64,000 bases of DNA from Burkholderiales bacterium (GCA_025350505.1 JANXXS010000363.1:4065-68064); one strand, 5' to 3'; counted from the first letter of the stretch, positions 38,866-49,606 are shown. Translations and numbers: made by a program. Notes: generated by a model from the letters alone, not told the origin.

Positions 38866-39714
38866 ATGGCAATCACCACCCGACCCTTGAGCCCGACCCT
38901 GGGCGCCGAAGTCAGCGGAGTCGACATGGCCTCGGCGCTCGACGCCGACACCGCGGGCACGCTGCGCGATCTCTGGCGCCGCCACGGCCTGCTGCTGTTT
39001 CGCGGCCAGGAGCTCGAGGAAAAGCAGCTGGTCGAGTTCTCGCGCAACTTCGGTTCGCTCGAGATCCATCTGCGGCGCGAGTACCTGTCGAGCGAGAACC
39101 CGGAGGTGCTCTACGTTTCCAACATGAAGAAGGAAGGGCGCCCGATCGGCATCCTCGCCGACACCGAGGTGGGCTGGCACTACGACCAGATCTATCTGCC
39201 ACGACCGGCGGTCGGCTCGCTTCTCTATGCGGTGGTGATCCCTTCGGATCGCGGCGCCACGTCGTTCGCCGACATGTCCGCCGCCTACGAGGCTTTGCCC
39301 GGGAGCCTGAAGCAGCGCATCGAGGGCCGCAAGGCCGTGCAGTCCTACGAGGCCTTCAACCGCAGCTACAGCGTGCCGACCAGCGAGGAGCAGCGCAGGA
39401 AGACGCCCGACATCGAGCATCCGCTGGTGCGCACGCATCCGTACACCGGGCGCAAGGCGCTCTACATCTGCCCGGGCATGACGACCCGCATTGCCGGGCT
39501 GCCGGAGGAGGAAAGCAGCGCCCTGCTGGCCGAGCTGTTCGCCTGGTCGACCCAGCCTCGCTTCGTCTACACGCATTCGTGGCGGCTCGGCGACGCCTTG
39601 CTGTGGGACAACGCGAGCACGATGCATCGCCGCGAGCCCTTCGACACCAACCAGCAGCGGCTGATGAAACGCACCACCATCCTGCCCGATGCCGACCGTG
39701 CCGCGCCGTTCTGA
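38866..39714 (+). CDS. TauD/TfdA-family dioxygenase
   Basis: GAEVSGVD, WHYD, HPLVRTHP, WDNASTMHRR. Confidence 0.9.
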   Translation: MAITTRPLSPTLGAEVSGVDMASALDADTAGTLRDLWRRHGLLLFRGQELEEKQLVEFSRNFGSLEIHLRREYLSSENPEVLYVSNMKKEGRPIGILADTEVGWHYDQIYLPRPAVGSLLYAVVIPSDRGATSFADMSAAYEALPGSLKQRIEGRKAVQSYEAFNRSYSVPTSEEQRRKTPDIEHPLVRTHPYTGRKALYICPGMTTRIAGLPEEESSALLAELFAWSTQPRFVYTHSWRLGDALLWDNASTMHRREPFDTNQQRLMKRTTILPDADRAAPF

Positions 39715-39738
39715 ATCCGGATCGCCGAAGCTGCGTTC

Positions 39739-40956
39739 ATGACTGCCGATTCAGCACCGCCGAAGCTGCCGCTGGCCGGCGTGCGCGTGCTCGACATCTC
39801 GAATTTCCTGGCGGCACCGCTCACCGGGATGTTCCTCGCCGATTTCGGGGCCGAGGTGATCAAGGTCGAGCGCCCGGGCGGCGGCGACGAGATGCGGATG
39901 TGGGGCAACAACAAGGGCGGAGTCGGCCTCTATTACAAGGTCATCAACCGCAACAAGAAGTCGGTGACGCTCGACCTGCGCACCCCGTTCGGCCGCGACG
40001 CGGTGCTGCGCCTGGCCGCAGAGTCCGACGTCGTGATCGAGAACTACCGCCCCGGGACGCTCGAGAAGTGGGGTCTCGGCTACGCGGAGCTGGCCGCGGC
40101 CAATCCGGGCCTGGTGCTGCTGCGGGTGTCGGGCTTCGGGCAGACCGGTCCCAATTCGCATCGCCCCGGCTTCGGCACCCTGGCCGAGGCCTATGCGGGC
40201 TTCGCGCACATCAACGGCGAGGCGGGCTCGCCGCCGCTGCTGCCGGGTTTCGGGCTCGCCGACTCGACGACCGGCCTGATGGGCGCCTTCCTCACCCTGG
40301 TGGCGCTCAACGGCCGGGCCGCGAACCAGGGCCGCGGGCAGGTGATCGATCTTGCGATCTACGAGACGCTCTTCACGCTGCTCGGCCCCCAGGTCGTCGA
40401 CTACGACCAGCTCGGCATCGTCCAGCAACGCAACGGCAGCCGGCTCCCGTTCACCGCGCCGCGCAACACCTATCGCACGCGCGACGGTTGCTGGGTCTCG
40501 ATGGCGGGCAGTGCGCAGTCGATCTTCCTCTGCATCCTCGATGCGCTCCAGATCCCCGAGATCGTCCAGGATCCCCGCTTCGCCGACAACCGCTCGCGCC
40601 TGACCCACGCGAAGGAGCTCGACGTCGAGCTGCAGAAGGCGGTCGAGCGCTTCGACCTGGCCGTGCTGCTGAAGCGCTTCGACGAGCGCGGCGCTGCGGT
40701 CGCGCCGGTCTACGACATCGCCCAGATCTTTGCCGATCCGCACTTCCAGGCACGCGAGAACATCGCCGGGGTGGTCGACGCCGAGCTGGGTGGCACGCTG
40801 CGCATGCAGAACGTCGCCGGCAAGTTCTCGGACACGCCGGGCTCGGTGCGCTGGGCCGGCCCGAGGATCGGCGAGCACAACCGGGAGATCCTGATCGATC
40901 GGCTCGGGCTCGACGTCGATGCCGCACGTTCGGCCGGTGTCGAGGTTCCTTCGTGA
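39739..40956 (+). CDS. CaiB/BaiF CoA-transferase
   Basis: RVLDISNFLAAP, RNKKSV, ENYRPG, GLAD. Confidence 0.92.
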   Translation: MTADSAPPKLPLAGVRVLDISNFLAAPLTGMFLADFGAEVIKVERPGGGDEMRMWGNNKGGVGLYYKVINRNKKSVTLDLRTPFGRDAVLRLAAESDVVIENYRPGTLEKWGLGYAELAAANPGLVLLRVSGFGQTGPNSHRPGFGTLAEAYAGFAHINGEAGSPPLLPGFGLADSTTGLMGAFLTLVALNGRAANQGRGQVIDLAIYETLFTLLGPQVVDYDQLGIVQQRNGSRLPFTAPRNTYRTRDGCWVSMAGSAQSIFLCILDALQIPEIVQDPRFADNRSRLTHAKELDVELQKAVERFDLAVLLKRFDERGAAVAPVYDIAQIFADPHFQARENIAGVVDAELGGTLRMQNVAGKFSDTPGSVRWAGPRIGEHNREILIDRLGLDVDAARSAGVEVPS

Positions 40957-41819
40957 CGACGCTGTTCGAGCTGCTGCTGAACGGCATCCTGCTCGGCGGG
41001 ATCTACGCGCTGATGGCCTGCGGTCTCAACCTGGTGTTCGGCGTCATGCGCGTGATCAACTTCGCGCACGGCGAGTTCCTGGCGTTCGGCGCGCTCGCGA
41101 CCTTCAGCCTGTGCGTGACCCTGGGCCTGCCGTACTGGACGGCGCTGATCCTCGTGCCCATCGCCCTGGCGCTGTTCGGCTACGCGCTGCAGGTCACCTT
41201 GATCGCCCGGGTCGTCAACGCACCGATGATCATGTCGATGCTGCTGACGTACGCGGTGTCCACGGTCATGGTCAACATCGGCCTCTACCTCTACGGCGGC
41301 GGCTTCAAGGGGATTCCGGGCCTGCTCGGCGGCTCGGTCGAGGTGCTGGGCGCGCACCTGTCGCAGGCCCGCCTCGTCGCTTTCGCGGTCGCCATCGGCG
41401 CCAGCCTCGGCATCCTGCTGTTCCTGAAGAAGAGCCTGTTCGGCAAGGCGATCCGGGCCGTCAGCCAGGAGCCGGACATCGCCGCGATCTCGGGCATCTC
41501 GGTCGAGCGCGTGCGCAACGCGACCTTCGCGCTCGGCGCAGCCATGGCCGGCCTGGCCGGGGTGCTGATCGCGCCGATCTACTCGGCCGATCCGCAGATG
41601 GGCTCGCGCTTCCTGATCAAGATATTCGCGGTCGTCATCATCGGCGGCATGGGCAGCTACTCGGGCGCGATCGCCGGCGCCTTGCTGCTCGGCGTGGTCG
41701 AGGTCGTGGGCGGGTACCGGTTCGGCCAGGTGGCCGGCTCGGCGGTCGTGTACCTCGTGATGATCGGCGTGCTGCTGGTGCGACCGCGCGGCCTGTTCGG
41801 TTTCGGGGTGCGCGCATGA
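40953..41819 (+). CDS. livH: ABC permease, LivH-like
   Basis: GLNLVFGVMRVINFAHGE; GTGA overlap. Confidence 0.88.
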   Translation: MTTLFELLLNGILLGGIYALMACGLNLVFGVMRVINFAHGEFLAFGALATFSLCVTLGLPYWTALILVPIALALFGYALQVTLIARVVNAPMIMSMLLTYAVSTVMVNIGLYLYGGGFKGIPGLLGGSVEVLGAHLSQARLVAFAVAIGASLGILLFLKKSLFGKAIRAVSQEPDIAAISGISVERVRNATFALGAAMAGLAGVLIAPIYSADPQMGSRFLIKIFAVVIIGGMGSYSGAIAGALLLGVVEVVGGYRFGQVAGSAVVYLVMIGVLLVRPRGLFGFGVRA

Positions 41820-42772
41820 AGTTCTGGCTGTGCGTCGCGTTCGCGGCGCTCTTCGCAGCCGCCGTTGCGCTGTTCGGCAACGCCTATGCGCTGACCTTCA
41901 CGATCCAGCTCTTCGTGTTCGTCGTCCTCGCCTACTCGTGGAACATCATCGGCGGCTACACCGGCTATTCGCACTTCGGCCAGATGAGCTTCTTCGGCGT
42001 CGGCGCGTACGTCGGCATGCTGCTGATGCTGAACCTGAAATGGCACTGGCTCCCGGCCGCGCTCGGCGCCGGCGTGCTGGCGATCGCGCTGGCCGTGCCG
42101 CTCGGCGCGATCATGCTCAGGCTGAAGGGCCCGTTCTTCGCGATCAGCATGTTCGGCCTGACGCGCGTGTTCGAGGCGGTCGCGTTCGAGTGGAGCGATG
42201 TCACCGGCGGCGGCACCGGCCTGTACCTGCCGCCGATCGGCGACCAGAAGCCGCTCTACCTCGCGCTGGCGCTGCTGGCGCTGGGCATGCTGCTGCTGAC
42301 GCGCTGGATCGACAACTCGCGCTTCGGACTGAAGCTGCAGGCCATCCGCGACGACGAAGGCGCCGCCGAGGCCCTCGGCATCCGCACGACGCGGCTGAAG
42401 GTGCTGGCCTTCACGCTCTCCGCCGTGCCACCGGCCGCATGCGGCTCGCTGTTCGCGACCCATCTGGCCTTTCTCGACCCGCCGACCGCGTTCGCGCCGA
42501 TGATGGAGGTGACGACGATCGCCATGGTCCTGCTCGGCGGCCTGGGCACGGTGCTCGGGCCGGCCATCGGCGCGATCGCGTTCGCGTTGATGAACGAGAC
42601 GCTGTGGTCGCGCTTTCCGGAGCTCTACTTCGGCCTGGTCGGCATCGTCGTCATCGTCTGCGTGCTCTTCATGCCGCGCGGCATCGTCTCGTTGCTGGTG
42701 CGGCTGAAGCTGGTCGCGGCCGGTCGTGGCGCATTCCGGCGCATCGCGGCGGTCGCGGAGCGACGGCCATGA
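41816..42772 (+). CDS. livM: ABC permease, LivM-like
   Basis: SWNIIGGYTG, AIRDDE, LGGLGTVLGP. Confidence 0.88.
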   Translation: MKFWLCVAFAALFAAAVALFGNAYALTFTIQLFVFVVLAYSWNIIGGYTGYSHFGQMSFFGVGAYVGMLLMLNLKWHWLPAALGAGVLAIALAVPLGAIMLRLKGPFFAISMFGLTRVFEAVAFEWSDVTGGGTGLYLPPIGDQKPLYLALALLALGMLLLTRWIDNSRFGLKLQAIRDDEGAAEALGIRTTRLKVLAFTLSAVPPAACGSLFATHLAFLDPPTAFAPMMEVTTIAMVLLGGLGTVLGPAIGAIAFALMNETLWSRFPELYFGLVGIVVIVCVLFMPRGIVSLLVRLKLVAAGRGAFRRIAAVAERRP

Positions 42773-43473
42773 CGGGGCCGCTGCTGAAGGTCGAAAACGC
42801 GGTCAGGCACTTCGGCGGCCGGGTCGCCCTCGATGGCGCGCACTGCACGGTGCCGGCAGGTTCGATCGTCGGCATGATCGGTCCCAATGGCTCGGGCAAG
42901 AGCACGCTCTTCAACTGCATTGCCGGCACCGACCAGCTCGACTCCGGCGAGGTGCTGTTCCAGGGCAAGCGCATCGATCGCCTCGCGCCCCATGCGATCT
43001 GCGAGCGCGGCATCGCGCGCACCTTCCAGCTGACGCGCCTCTTTCGCGACATGACGGTGCTCGAGAACCTGGTGGCGGTGGCGCACTCCTACAGCGATCG
43101 GCAGGCGGTCGATAATGCCCGCCACGCCCTCGAGCTGCTCGAGATCGGCGAGCTGATGCACAAGCCGGCCAGCGATCTGTCGTACGGGCAGCGCAAACTG
43201 GTCGAGATCGGGCGCACCCTGATGCTGCGACCCCAGCTGATGCTGCTCGACGAGCCTTTCGCCGGCATCAACCCCCGCCTGCAGAACCGCATCGTCGGCT
43301 ACCTGCAAAAGCTCCGCGACGAGGGGATGACGCTGTTCATCATCGATCATGAGATGCGCATCATTCTCCAGGTCTGCGAGACCGTCTGGGTTCTGGCCGA
43401 GGGCCGCATCGTGACGAGCGGGCCGCCGACCGCGGTGCGCGACGACCCGCGCGTGATCGAGGCCTACTTCTGA
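42769..43473 (+). CDS. livG: ABC ATPase, LivG-like
   Basis: GPNGSGKST, RTFQ, LSYGQ, LLDEP. Confidence 0.9.
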   Translation: MTGPLLKVENAVRHFGGRVALDGAHCTVPAGSIVGMIGPNGSGKSTLFNCIAGTDQLDSGEVLFQGKRIDRLAPHAICERGIARTFQLTRLFRDMTVLENLVAVAHSYSDRQAVDNARHALELLEIGELMHKPASDLSYGQRKLVEIGRTLMLRPQLMLLDEPFAGINPRLQNRIVGYLQKLRDEGMTLFIIDHEMRIILQVCETVWVLAEGRIVTSGPPTAVRDDPRVIEAYF

Positions 43474-43489
43474 TGACGATGGTGACGCT

Positions 43490-44449
43490 GTGCTGAAGCT
43501 TCCGGCCAAGGTGAAGGTGGTCGAGGTCGGTCCGCGCGACGGCTTGCAGAGCTTCGCGCGCTGGGTCGACACCGACGCCAAGATCGCGATGATCGATTGC
43601 CTGTCGGACGCAGGATTCCCGGTGATCGAAGCGACCAGTTTCGCGCGCTCGACCGTGGTGCCCCACCTCAAGGATGCCGAACTGGTGCTCGAGCGCATCC
43701 GTCGCCGCCCCGGCACCGTGTACCGTGCGCTGGTGCCCAATGCGCGCGGCGCCGAACGCGCCGTGGCCAGCGGCCTGGTCGACGAGCTGCTCGGCCTGAT
43801 CACGGTCAGCGCCACCTATCTGCGACACAACCAGAACATGACCCTCGAGCAGGCGATCGCCGAAGGCATCCGCGCGTTCGAGATCGCGGCCGCCGGCGAC
43901 ATCGGCTTCACGATGGCGCTCGGGATGGCGCTCTGGTGTCCGTACGAGGGCCGCGTGCCCGAGGCCGACGCGCTGCGCATCCTGGCGCGCTTCTGGGACG
44001 CCGGGATCCGGCGCTTCTATTTCGCGGGCAGCGTCGGCATGGAAGATCCCAAGCATGTGCACGACCTGTTCACTGCCGCGATCGAGCGCCATCCCGGCAT
44101 CGAGCTCGGCTACCACGCCCACAACGTGTCGGGGATGGGCCTGGCCAACGTGCTGGCCGCGCTCGACGCCGGCGCATCAGTGGTCGAAGGCTCGATCTGC
44201 GGCGTCGGCGGGGGCATCGCGATGCCGACCAACCTGGGCTCGGTGGGCAACCTGCCGACCGAGGACATCGTGCATTTCCTGAATACGTCGGGCGTCGACA
44301 CCGGCCTCGACACGGCGGGCGTGCTGGCCTGCGCGCGCGAGGTCGCTGCGCTGCTCGACATCGAGCCGATGTCCTATCTCGCTCGCAGCGGCACCCGTGA
44401 AGAGATGCTTTCCCGAACGAGCGGCCACGCGTTCGAGCATCCCCGCTAG
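43490..44449 (+). CDS. HMG-CoA lyase family protein
   Basis: EVGPRDGLQ, CPYEG, YHAHN, GNLPTED. Confidence 0.88.
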   Translation: MLKLPAKVKVVEVGPRDGLQSFARWVDTDAKIAMIDCLSDAGFPVIEATSFARSTVVPHLKDAELVLERIRRRPGTVYRALVPNARGAERAVASGLVDELLGLITVSATYLRHNQNMTLEQAIAEGIRAFEIAAAGDIGFTMALGMALWCPYEGRVPEADALRILARFWDAGIRRFYFAGSVGMEDPKHVHDLFTAAIERHPGIELGYHAHNVSGMGLANVLAALDAGASVVEGSICGVGGGIAMPTNLGSVGNLPTEDIVHFLNTSGVDTGLDTAGVLACAREVAALLDIEPMSYLARSGTREEMLSRTSGHAFEHPR

Positions 44450-44495
44450 TTTGCAAGCCCATGCCACGCGACAACATCCCCAGGAGACAAGACAA

Positions 44496-45689
44496 ATGAA
44501 GCGGTTCATCCAGATTGCCGCCGCGGCGCTTGCCGTCGTTGCGGGAACCTTGCTCGGCGCAGCGCCGGCGCGCGCGGTCGACAAGGCGCCGATCGTGATC
44601 GGCGCGGCGCTCGCCCTGTCGGGCAACCTCGCCGATTCCGGCGAGCACGTCCGCAAGGCCTATCTCTTGTGGCAGGACGAGATCAATGCCAAGGGGGGGC
44701 TGCTCGGCCGCAAGGTCGAGATCAAGATCTACGACGATCGCTCCGACGGAGCGACCGCGGCCAAGCTCTACGAGCGCCTGATCACGCAGGACAAGGTCGA
44801 TCTGCTGCTCGGACCGTTCGGCTCGGCGTCCACTGCCGCGTCGACGGCGGTGGCGGAAACGCACAAGCGCGTCTTCCTGAACGTCGCCGGCGCGTCGCAG
44901 ATGATCCATCGGCGCGGCTTCAAGTACATCTTCCAGGTGTTGCCGCCGATCACCGAGTACGTCGCCGGCGTGCTGCCGCTGATGCAGGAGAAGGGCTACA
45001 AGACGATGATGATCGTGACCCGCGACTACGCGGCATCGCGCGACATCGTCGAGTACTACAAGGCCAACGCCGCCAAGCTCGGCATCGACCTGAAATCGAT
45101 CGACCTGTATCCCGCCGGCACGGCGGACTATTCGAACTACATCGCCAAGGCCAAGGCGCAGAACGTCGATGTCTGGCTGTCGATCGCCTATCCGAACGAA
45201 TCGGTCGAGATGGTCAAGCAGTTCAAGGCGGCCGGATACGCGCCGCGCATGTTCGTCTCGCAAGGCGTTTCGCAGGAAGACTTCCTGCAGGGCCTGGGCA
45301 AGGATGCCGATTTCGCGATGGGCATGTCGCCCTACGAGCACACCTTGCCGACCAAGGGCAACGCCGAGTTCGTGCGCAGCTGGGTGCTGCACTACAAGTA
45401 TCTGCCGGGCTACTACGCCGGCTTCGCCTACGGGGCCTGCAAGGTGCTCGAAGAGGCGGTCAAGAAGGTCGGCTCGCTCGACCAGGAAAAGCTCCGCGCC
45501 ATGCTCTCGACCATGCAGACCGAAACGCCGCTCGGGCCGTACAAGGTCGATCCCGAGACCGGCGAGCAGGTCGCGGCCAAGGCGGTGATCGTCGAGATCC
45601 TGAACGGCAAGCGGGAGGTGGTCTGGCCCGCGAAGTTCAGCACGGCCAAGCCGGTGCTGCCCTACCCGCAATGGGATGCCCGCAAGTAG
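44496..45689 (+). CDS. Branched-chain amino acid-type ABC substrate-binding protein
   Basis: Signal peptide MKRFIQ; INAKGGLLGRKVE..YDDRSD..DKVDLLLGPF. Confidence 0.9.
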   Translation: MKRFIQIAAAALAVVAGTLLGAAPARAVDKAPIVIGAALALSGNLADSGEHVRKAYLLWQDEINAKGGLLGRKVEIKIYDDRSDGATAAKLYERLITQDKVDLLLGPFGSASTAASTAVAETHKRVFLNVAGASQMIHRRGFKYIFQVLPPITEYVAGVLPLMQEKGYKTMMIVTRDYAASRDIVEYYKANAAKLGIDLKSIDLYPAGTADYSNYIAKAKAQNVDVWLSIAYPNESVEMVKQFKAAGYAPRMFVSQGVSQEDFLQGLGKDADFAMGMSPYEHTLPTKGNAEFVRSWVLHYKYLPGYYAGFAYGACKVLEEAVKKVGSLDQEKLRAMLSTMQTETPLGPYKVDPETGEQVAAKAVIVEILNGKREVVWPAKFSTAKPVLPYPQWDARK

Positions 45690-45699
45690 GGCGCCGGAC

Positions 45700-46482
45700 G
45701 TGAGCGACGCCGCCGCACCGCCGGTGCTCGAGGCCAGGGGCCTCACGACCGGCTACGACGAGGTGCCGATCGTGCGCGATGTCGACGTGACTTTCGCGCG
45801 CGGCGCGATCACCGCGATCATCGGCACCAACGGCGCCGGCAAATCGACGGTGGTGAAGGCGCTGGTCGGCCTGCTGCCGGCGTGGAAGGGCGACGTGCGT
45901 CTCGACGGTCGCGACATCACCAGGATGGCGCCGCACCTGCGCGTGCGCGAGGGCATTGCCTACGTGCCGCAGGGACGCATCGTCTTCCCCGAGATGACGG
46001 TGCTCGAGAACCTCGAGCTCGGCGGCTTCACGCTGGCCTCCGACCGCACCAAGCTCGCCGCCAACATGGAGCGCGTTCTGCAGATGTTCCCGCGCCTGGC
46101 CGAGCGGCGCGCCCAGTTGGCGGGAACGATGTCGGGGGGCGAGCAGCAGATGCTCGCGATCGGGCGGGCCCTGATGAGCTCGCCGCGCGTGATCGCGCTC
46201 GACGAGCCGTCGCTCGGCCTGTCGCCGAAGTTCGTCGAGATGGTGTTCGCGACGCTGATCGAGCTGAAGAAGGCCGGCTACACGATCGTGATGGTCGAGC
46301 AGAAGGCGTCGCGCGCGCTCGAGATTTCCGACTGGGGCTACGTGATGCACCTGGGCCGGGTCGCCTTTCATGGCGAGGCGGCGACCCTGCGCGACGACGA
46401 GCAGGTCAAGCGCGCCTACCTCGGCGAGCTGCCCCCCGAGCTCGCTGCCCGCTTTGCTGAAACCGAATCGGAAACGACATGA
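45700..46482 (+). CDS. livF: ABC ATPase, LivF-like
   Basis: GTNGAGKST, MSGGEQQMLAIGRALM, LDEPSLGL. Confidence 0.9.
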   Translation: MSDAAAPPVLEARGLTTGYDEVPIVRDVDVTFARGAITAIIGTNGAGKSTVVKALVGLLPAWKGDVRLDGRDITRMAPHLRVREGIAYVPQGRIVFPEMTVLENLELGGFTLASDRTKLAANMERVLQMFPRLAERRAQLAGTMSGGEQQMLAIGRALMSSPRVIALDEPSLGLSPKFVEMVFATLIELKKAGYTIVMVEQKASRALEISDWGYVMHLGRVAFHGEAATLRDDEQVKRAYLGELPPELAARFAETESETT

Positions 46483-47735
46483 GCACGAGCAGCCACGAAC
46501 CGCACCAGCCCGCCGCGCCTGCGCCGGGCCTGGGGCCTCTGGCCGGAATCCGGGTCCTCGATTGCGCGACCTTCATCGCCGGCCCCTATTGCGCGACCTT
46601 CCTGGCCGAGTTCGGCGCCGACGTGGTGAAGATCGAGCAGCCCGGTCCCGGCGATCCCACCCGCAAGTTCGGCACGCCGACGGCCTGCGGCGATTCGCTC
46701 GTGTGGCTGTCCGAGGGCCGCAACAAGAAGTCGCTGACGATCAACCTGAAGAGCGCGGAAGGCGCGGCGCTGCTCAAGCGCCTGGTGGAGCAGGCGGACG
46801 TCCTGGTCGAGAACTTCCAGCCGGGCACGCTCGAGGGCTGGGGGCTCGGGTGGGAGACCCTGAAGGAGCACAACCCGCGGCTGGTGATGGTGCGAATCTC
46901 GGCCTACGGTCAGACCGGCCCGTACAGCCCGCGACCCGGGTTCGGTCGCATCGCCAACGCCTTCGGCGGCATCTCGTTCCTCGCCGGCTACCCCGACCGC
47001 CCGCCGGTGACGCCGGGCTCGGCGACGTTGCCGGACTACCTCTCGGGAATGTATGGGGCCATGGGCGCGCTGGTCGCGCTTCGCTCGCGCGATCAGACCG
47101 GTGTCGGCCAGGTGGTCGACATCGGCTTGTACGAATCGGTGTTCCGCATCCTCGACGAGCTCGCGCCTGCCTATCACTTCAAGGGACTGGTTCGCCAGCG
47201 CATGGGTCCGGGCACGGTCAACACCGTGCCGCACAGTCACTACGCCTCGAGCGACGGGCGATGGCTGGCGATCGCCTGCACGAGCGACAAGATCTTCGCC
47301 CGCCTGGCCGCGCTGATGGGCTGCCCGGAGTTCGCCGGTACCGGCAAGTGGGGCCGGGTCGCGCAGCGCGAGGCCGATCGTGCCGCGGTCGACGCGCATG
47401 TCGGCGAGTGGACCGGAAGGCACACGCGCGACGAGGTGCTGGCGCTTTGCAGCGAGGGCGAGGTGCCGTGCGGGCCGCTGTACTCCATCGACGAGATCTT
47501 CGAGGATCCGCAATACAAGGCCCGCGGCAACATCGCTTTCGTGAACGAGCCGCGCATCCCGGGGGGTGGCCAGGAGTTCGCCGTTCCGAACGTCGTGCCC
47601 CGCCTGTCGGGCACGCCGGGGCGCATCAACTGGCTCGGCCCGTCGCTCGGCGCCCACAGCGAAGACGTCCTGAAGGAATGGATCGGTCTCGGCGACGCCG
47701 AGATCGCCAGCCTGCGCGCCTCGGGCGCCATCTGA
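46479..47735 (+). CDS. CaiB/BaiF CoA-transferase
   Basis: RVLDCATFIAGPY, RNKKSL, ENFQPG, LPDY. Confidence 0.92.
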   Translation: MSTSSHEPHQPAAPAPGLGPLAGIRVLDCATFIAGPYCATFLAEFGADVVKIEQPGPGDPTRKFGTPTACGDSLVWLSEGRNKKSLTINLKSAEGAALLKRLVEQADVLVENFQPGTLEGWGLGWETLKEHNPRLVMVRISAYGQTGPYSPRPGFGRIANAFGGISFLAGYPDRPPVTPGSATLPDYLSGMYGAMGALVALRSRDQTGVGQVVDIGLYESVFRILDELAPAYHFKGLVRQRMGPGTVNTVPHSHYASSDGRWLAIACTSDKIFARLAALMGCPEFAGTGKWGRVAQREADRAAVDAHVGEWTGRHTRDEVLALCSEGEVPCGPLYSIDEIFEDPQYKARGNIAFVNEPRIPGGGQEFAVPNVVPRLSGTPGRINWLGPSLGAHSEDVLKEWIGLGDAEIASLRASGAI

Positions 47736-47793
47736 GAGAGAAGGAAACGGTCATGCTTGCCCATCCGACGTCCGATACCAAGCGGTGGCTGCC

Positions 47794-48714
47794 ATGACGG
47801 CGGCCGTGTCATCGGTCCTGCGCACGTTTCTGTTCGCCCCCGGCAACCACGCGCGACGGGTGGAAAAGGCGCTTGCCCTGGGCGCCGACGCGGTGATTCT
47901 CGATCTCGAGGACGCGGTCGCCATCGCCGAGAAGGAAGCCACCCGCCGGACCGTGCTCGAGGCGCTCGCCCGGCCGCGTCGATGCAAGGGCTACGTGCGG
48001 GTCAATGCGCTGTCGACGCCGTGGTGCCTGCGTGACCTCATGGAGATGGTGCAGCCGCGCGTCGACGGGATCGTGCTGCCCAAGGTCGAGGCCGCCGCCG
48101 ACCTGCGCATGGCCGACTGGCTGATCGGAAACCTCGAACGAGAGCGGGGCCTGCCCGTTGGCGCGATCGATCTGATGCCGATCATCGAGACCGCGGCTGG
48201 CTTCGCGCATCTCGACCGGATCCTCGACACCCGCGAATGGGCGACGTCGTCCGGAGTGCGCCGGGTCAAGCGCGTGAGCTTCGGCGCCGGCGACTTCACC
48301 AACGATGTCGGCATGACCTGGACGCCGGGCGAAGAAGAGCTCGCTGATCTGCGGGTGCGGATGGTCGTCGCGTCGCGCGCGGCCGGGCTGGAGCCGCCCA
48401 TCGACACCGTCTGGATCCATCTTCAGGAAGACAAGGCCCTGCGTCGATCGGTCGAACGCAGCCTGCGCATGGGCTTCCAGGGGCGCCTGTGCATTCACCC
48501 CGACCAGGTGCGCGTCACCCACGAAGTCTTCACGCCGACCGACGCCGAGATCGCGCGCGCCGAGCGGATCGTGGAGGCGTTCGGCGCCGCCGAGAAGACG
48601 GGGCTCGCAGCGATCCAGGTCGATGGCGTGTTCGTCGACTATCCGATCGTCTATCGCGCGCAGCGCACCCTCGCCGTGCGCGCCGCGATTCGCGCGCGCG
48701 ACGCGCAAGCCTGA
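47794..48714 (+). CDS. CitE/HpcH-like CoA-ester lyase
   Basis: LFAPG, ILDLEDAV, VRVN, LPKVE, IETA, CIHPDQ. Confidence 0.9.
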   Translation: MTAAVSSVLRTFLFAPGNHARRVEKALALGADAVILDLEDAVAIAEKEATRRTVLEALARPRRCKGYVRVNALSTPWCLRDLMEMVQPRVDGIVLPKVEAAADLRMADWLIGNLERERGLPVGAIDLMPIIETAAGFAHLDRILDTREWATSSGVRRVKRVSFGAGDFTNDVGMTWTPGEEELADLRVRMVVASRAAGLEPPIDTVWIHLQEDKALRRSVERSLRMGFQGRLCIHPDQVRVTHEVFTPTDAEIARAERIVEAFGAAEKTGLAAIQVDGVFVDYPIVYRAQRTLAVRAAIRARDAQA

Positions 48715-48721
48715 GCCGACG

Positions 48722-49606
48722 ATGGGTCGTTCGGCGACGGCCTATCTCGCCGAGGTGACGGAGGACGCGGCCAGGGGCGAGACCGCGCGGATCTACGCCG
48801 AGATCCGCCGCCTGAGCGCGGTTCCGTTCGTGGCCCTGATCTACCGTCACCTGGCGACCATTCCCGGCGCGCTCGAGGCGGTCTGGCGGGCCGTTGGCCC
48901 GTTGATGGAATCGAGGCAGCTGCAGGCCGGCGCGTGGCGGCTCGGCCGCGACGCCTGGAACGGCCCCGGCGTCGACATGAGCGATGCCTTGAGAGGACGG
49001 GACAGCGCGTCGTTGGCGGCCATCGGCGACGTGATTGCCGCCTACAACCGCGCCAATCCGGTCAATCTCGCGATCGTCGCTCTCATCCGGCAGACGCCAC
49101 GAGAGGGCGGGACGTCATCGAGTGCGCTCGCAGGCGAAGGCGGCACACTGCCGCCGGCGATTCGCGCGTTGCCGCCGATCCCGTCCATGGCGTCGTTGCC
49201 TGGCGACGTGCGCGTGCGCGTCGATGCGTTCGCAAAGCCGGGCGCGACCGGCATGCCGGTCCTGGTGCCCACGCTGTACCGGCATCTCGCGCACTGGCCC
49301 GACGTGCTGGCCTTCGCGCAGCGCGAGGTGCTGCCGCGACTGGCATCGGGCGCATTCCAGCCGGCCATCGACGGATTCCGGTCGGCCATCTTGGCCGAGA
49401 TGGCCGAGCTCGGTCGCAGCTCGGCGGCTGCGGACGAGCCGTTGCTGCGCAGACTGACGCCGATCCTGGATCGGTTCACGTCGGTCATCCCGGAAATGGT
49501 CGTCATCGGCAGCTTCCTCTTCCGAGGCCTCGCAAGTCATGCGTCGGCGTCGGCTTCAGCCGACCCGTCCCTCTTCTCACCCGCTCGACCGGAGCCCTCG
49601 CCATGA
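48722..49606 (+). CDS. Hypothetical protein with internal duplication, DehI (group I haloacid dehalogenase)-like fold
   Basis: Repeats ALIYRHLAT..GALEAVW and PTLYRHLAHWPDVL; N-terminal EDAARGETARIYAEIR. Confidence 0.5.
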   Translation: MGRSATAYLAEVTEDAARGETARIYAEIRRLSAVPFVALIYRHLATIPGALEAVWRAVGPLMESRQLQAGAWRLGRDAWNGPGVDMSDALRGRDSASLAAIGDVIAAYNRANPVNLAIVALIRQTPREGGTSSSALAGEGGTLPPAIRALPPIPSMASLPGDVRVRVDAFAKPGATGMPVLVPTLYRHLAHWPDVLAFAQREVLPRLASGAFQPAIDGFRSAILAEMAELGRSSAAADEPLLRRLTPILDRFTSVIPEMVVIGSFLFRGLASHASASASADPSLFSPARPEPSP

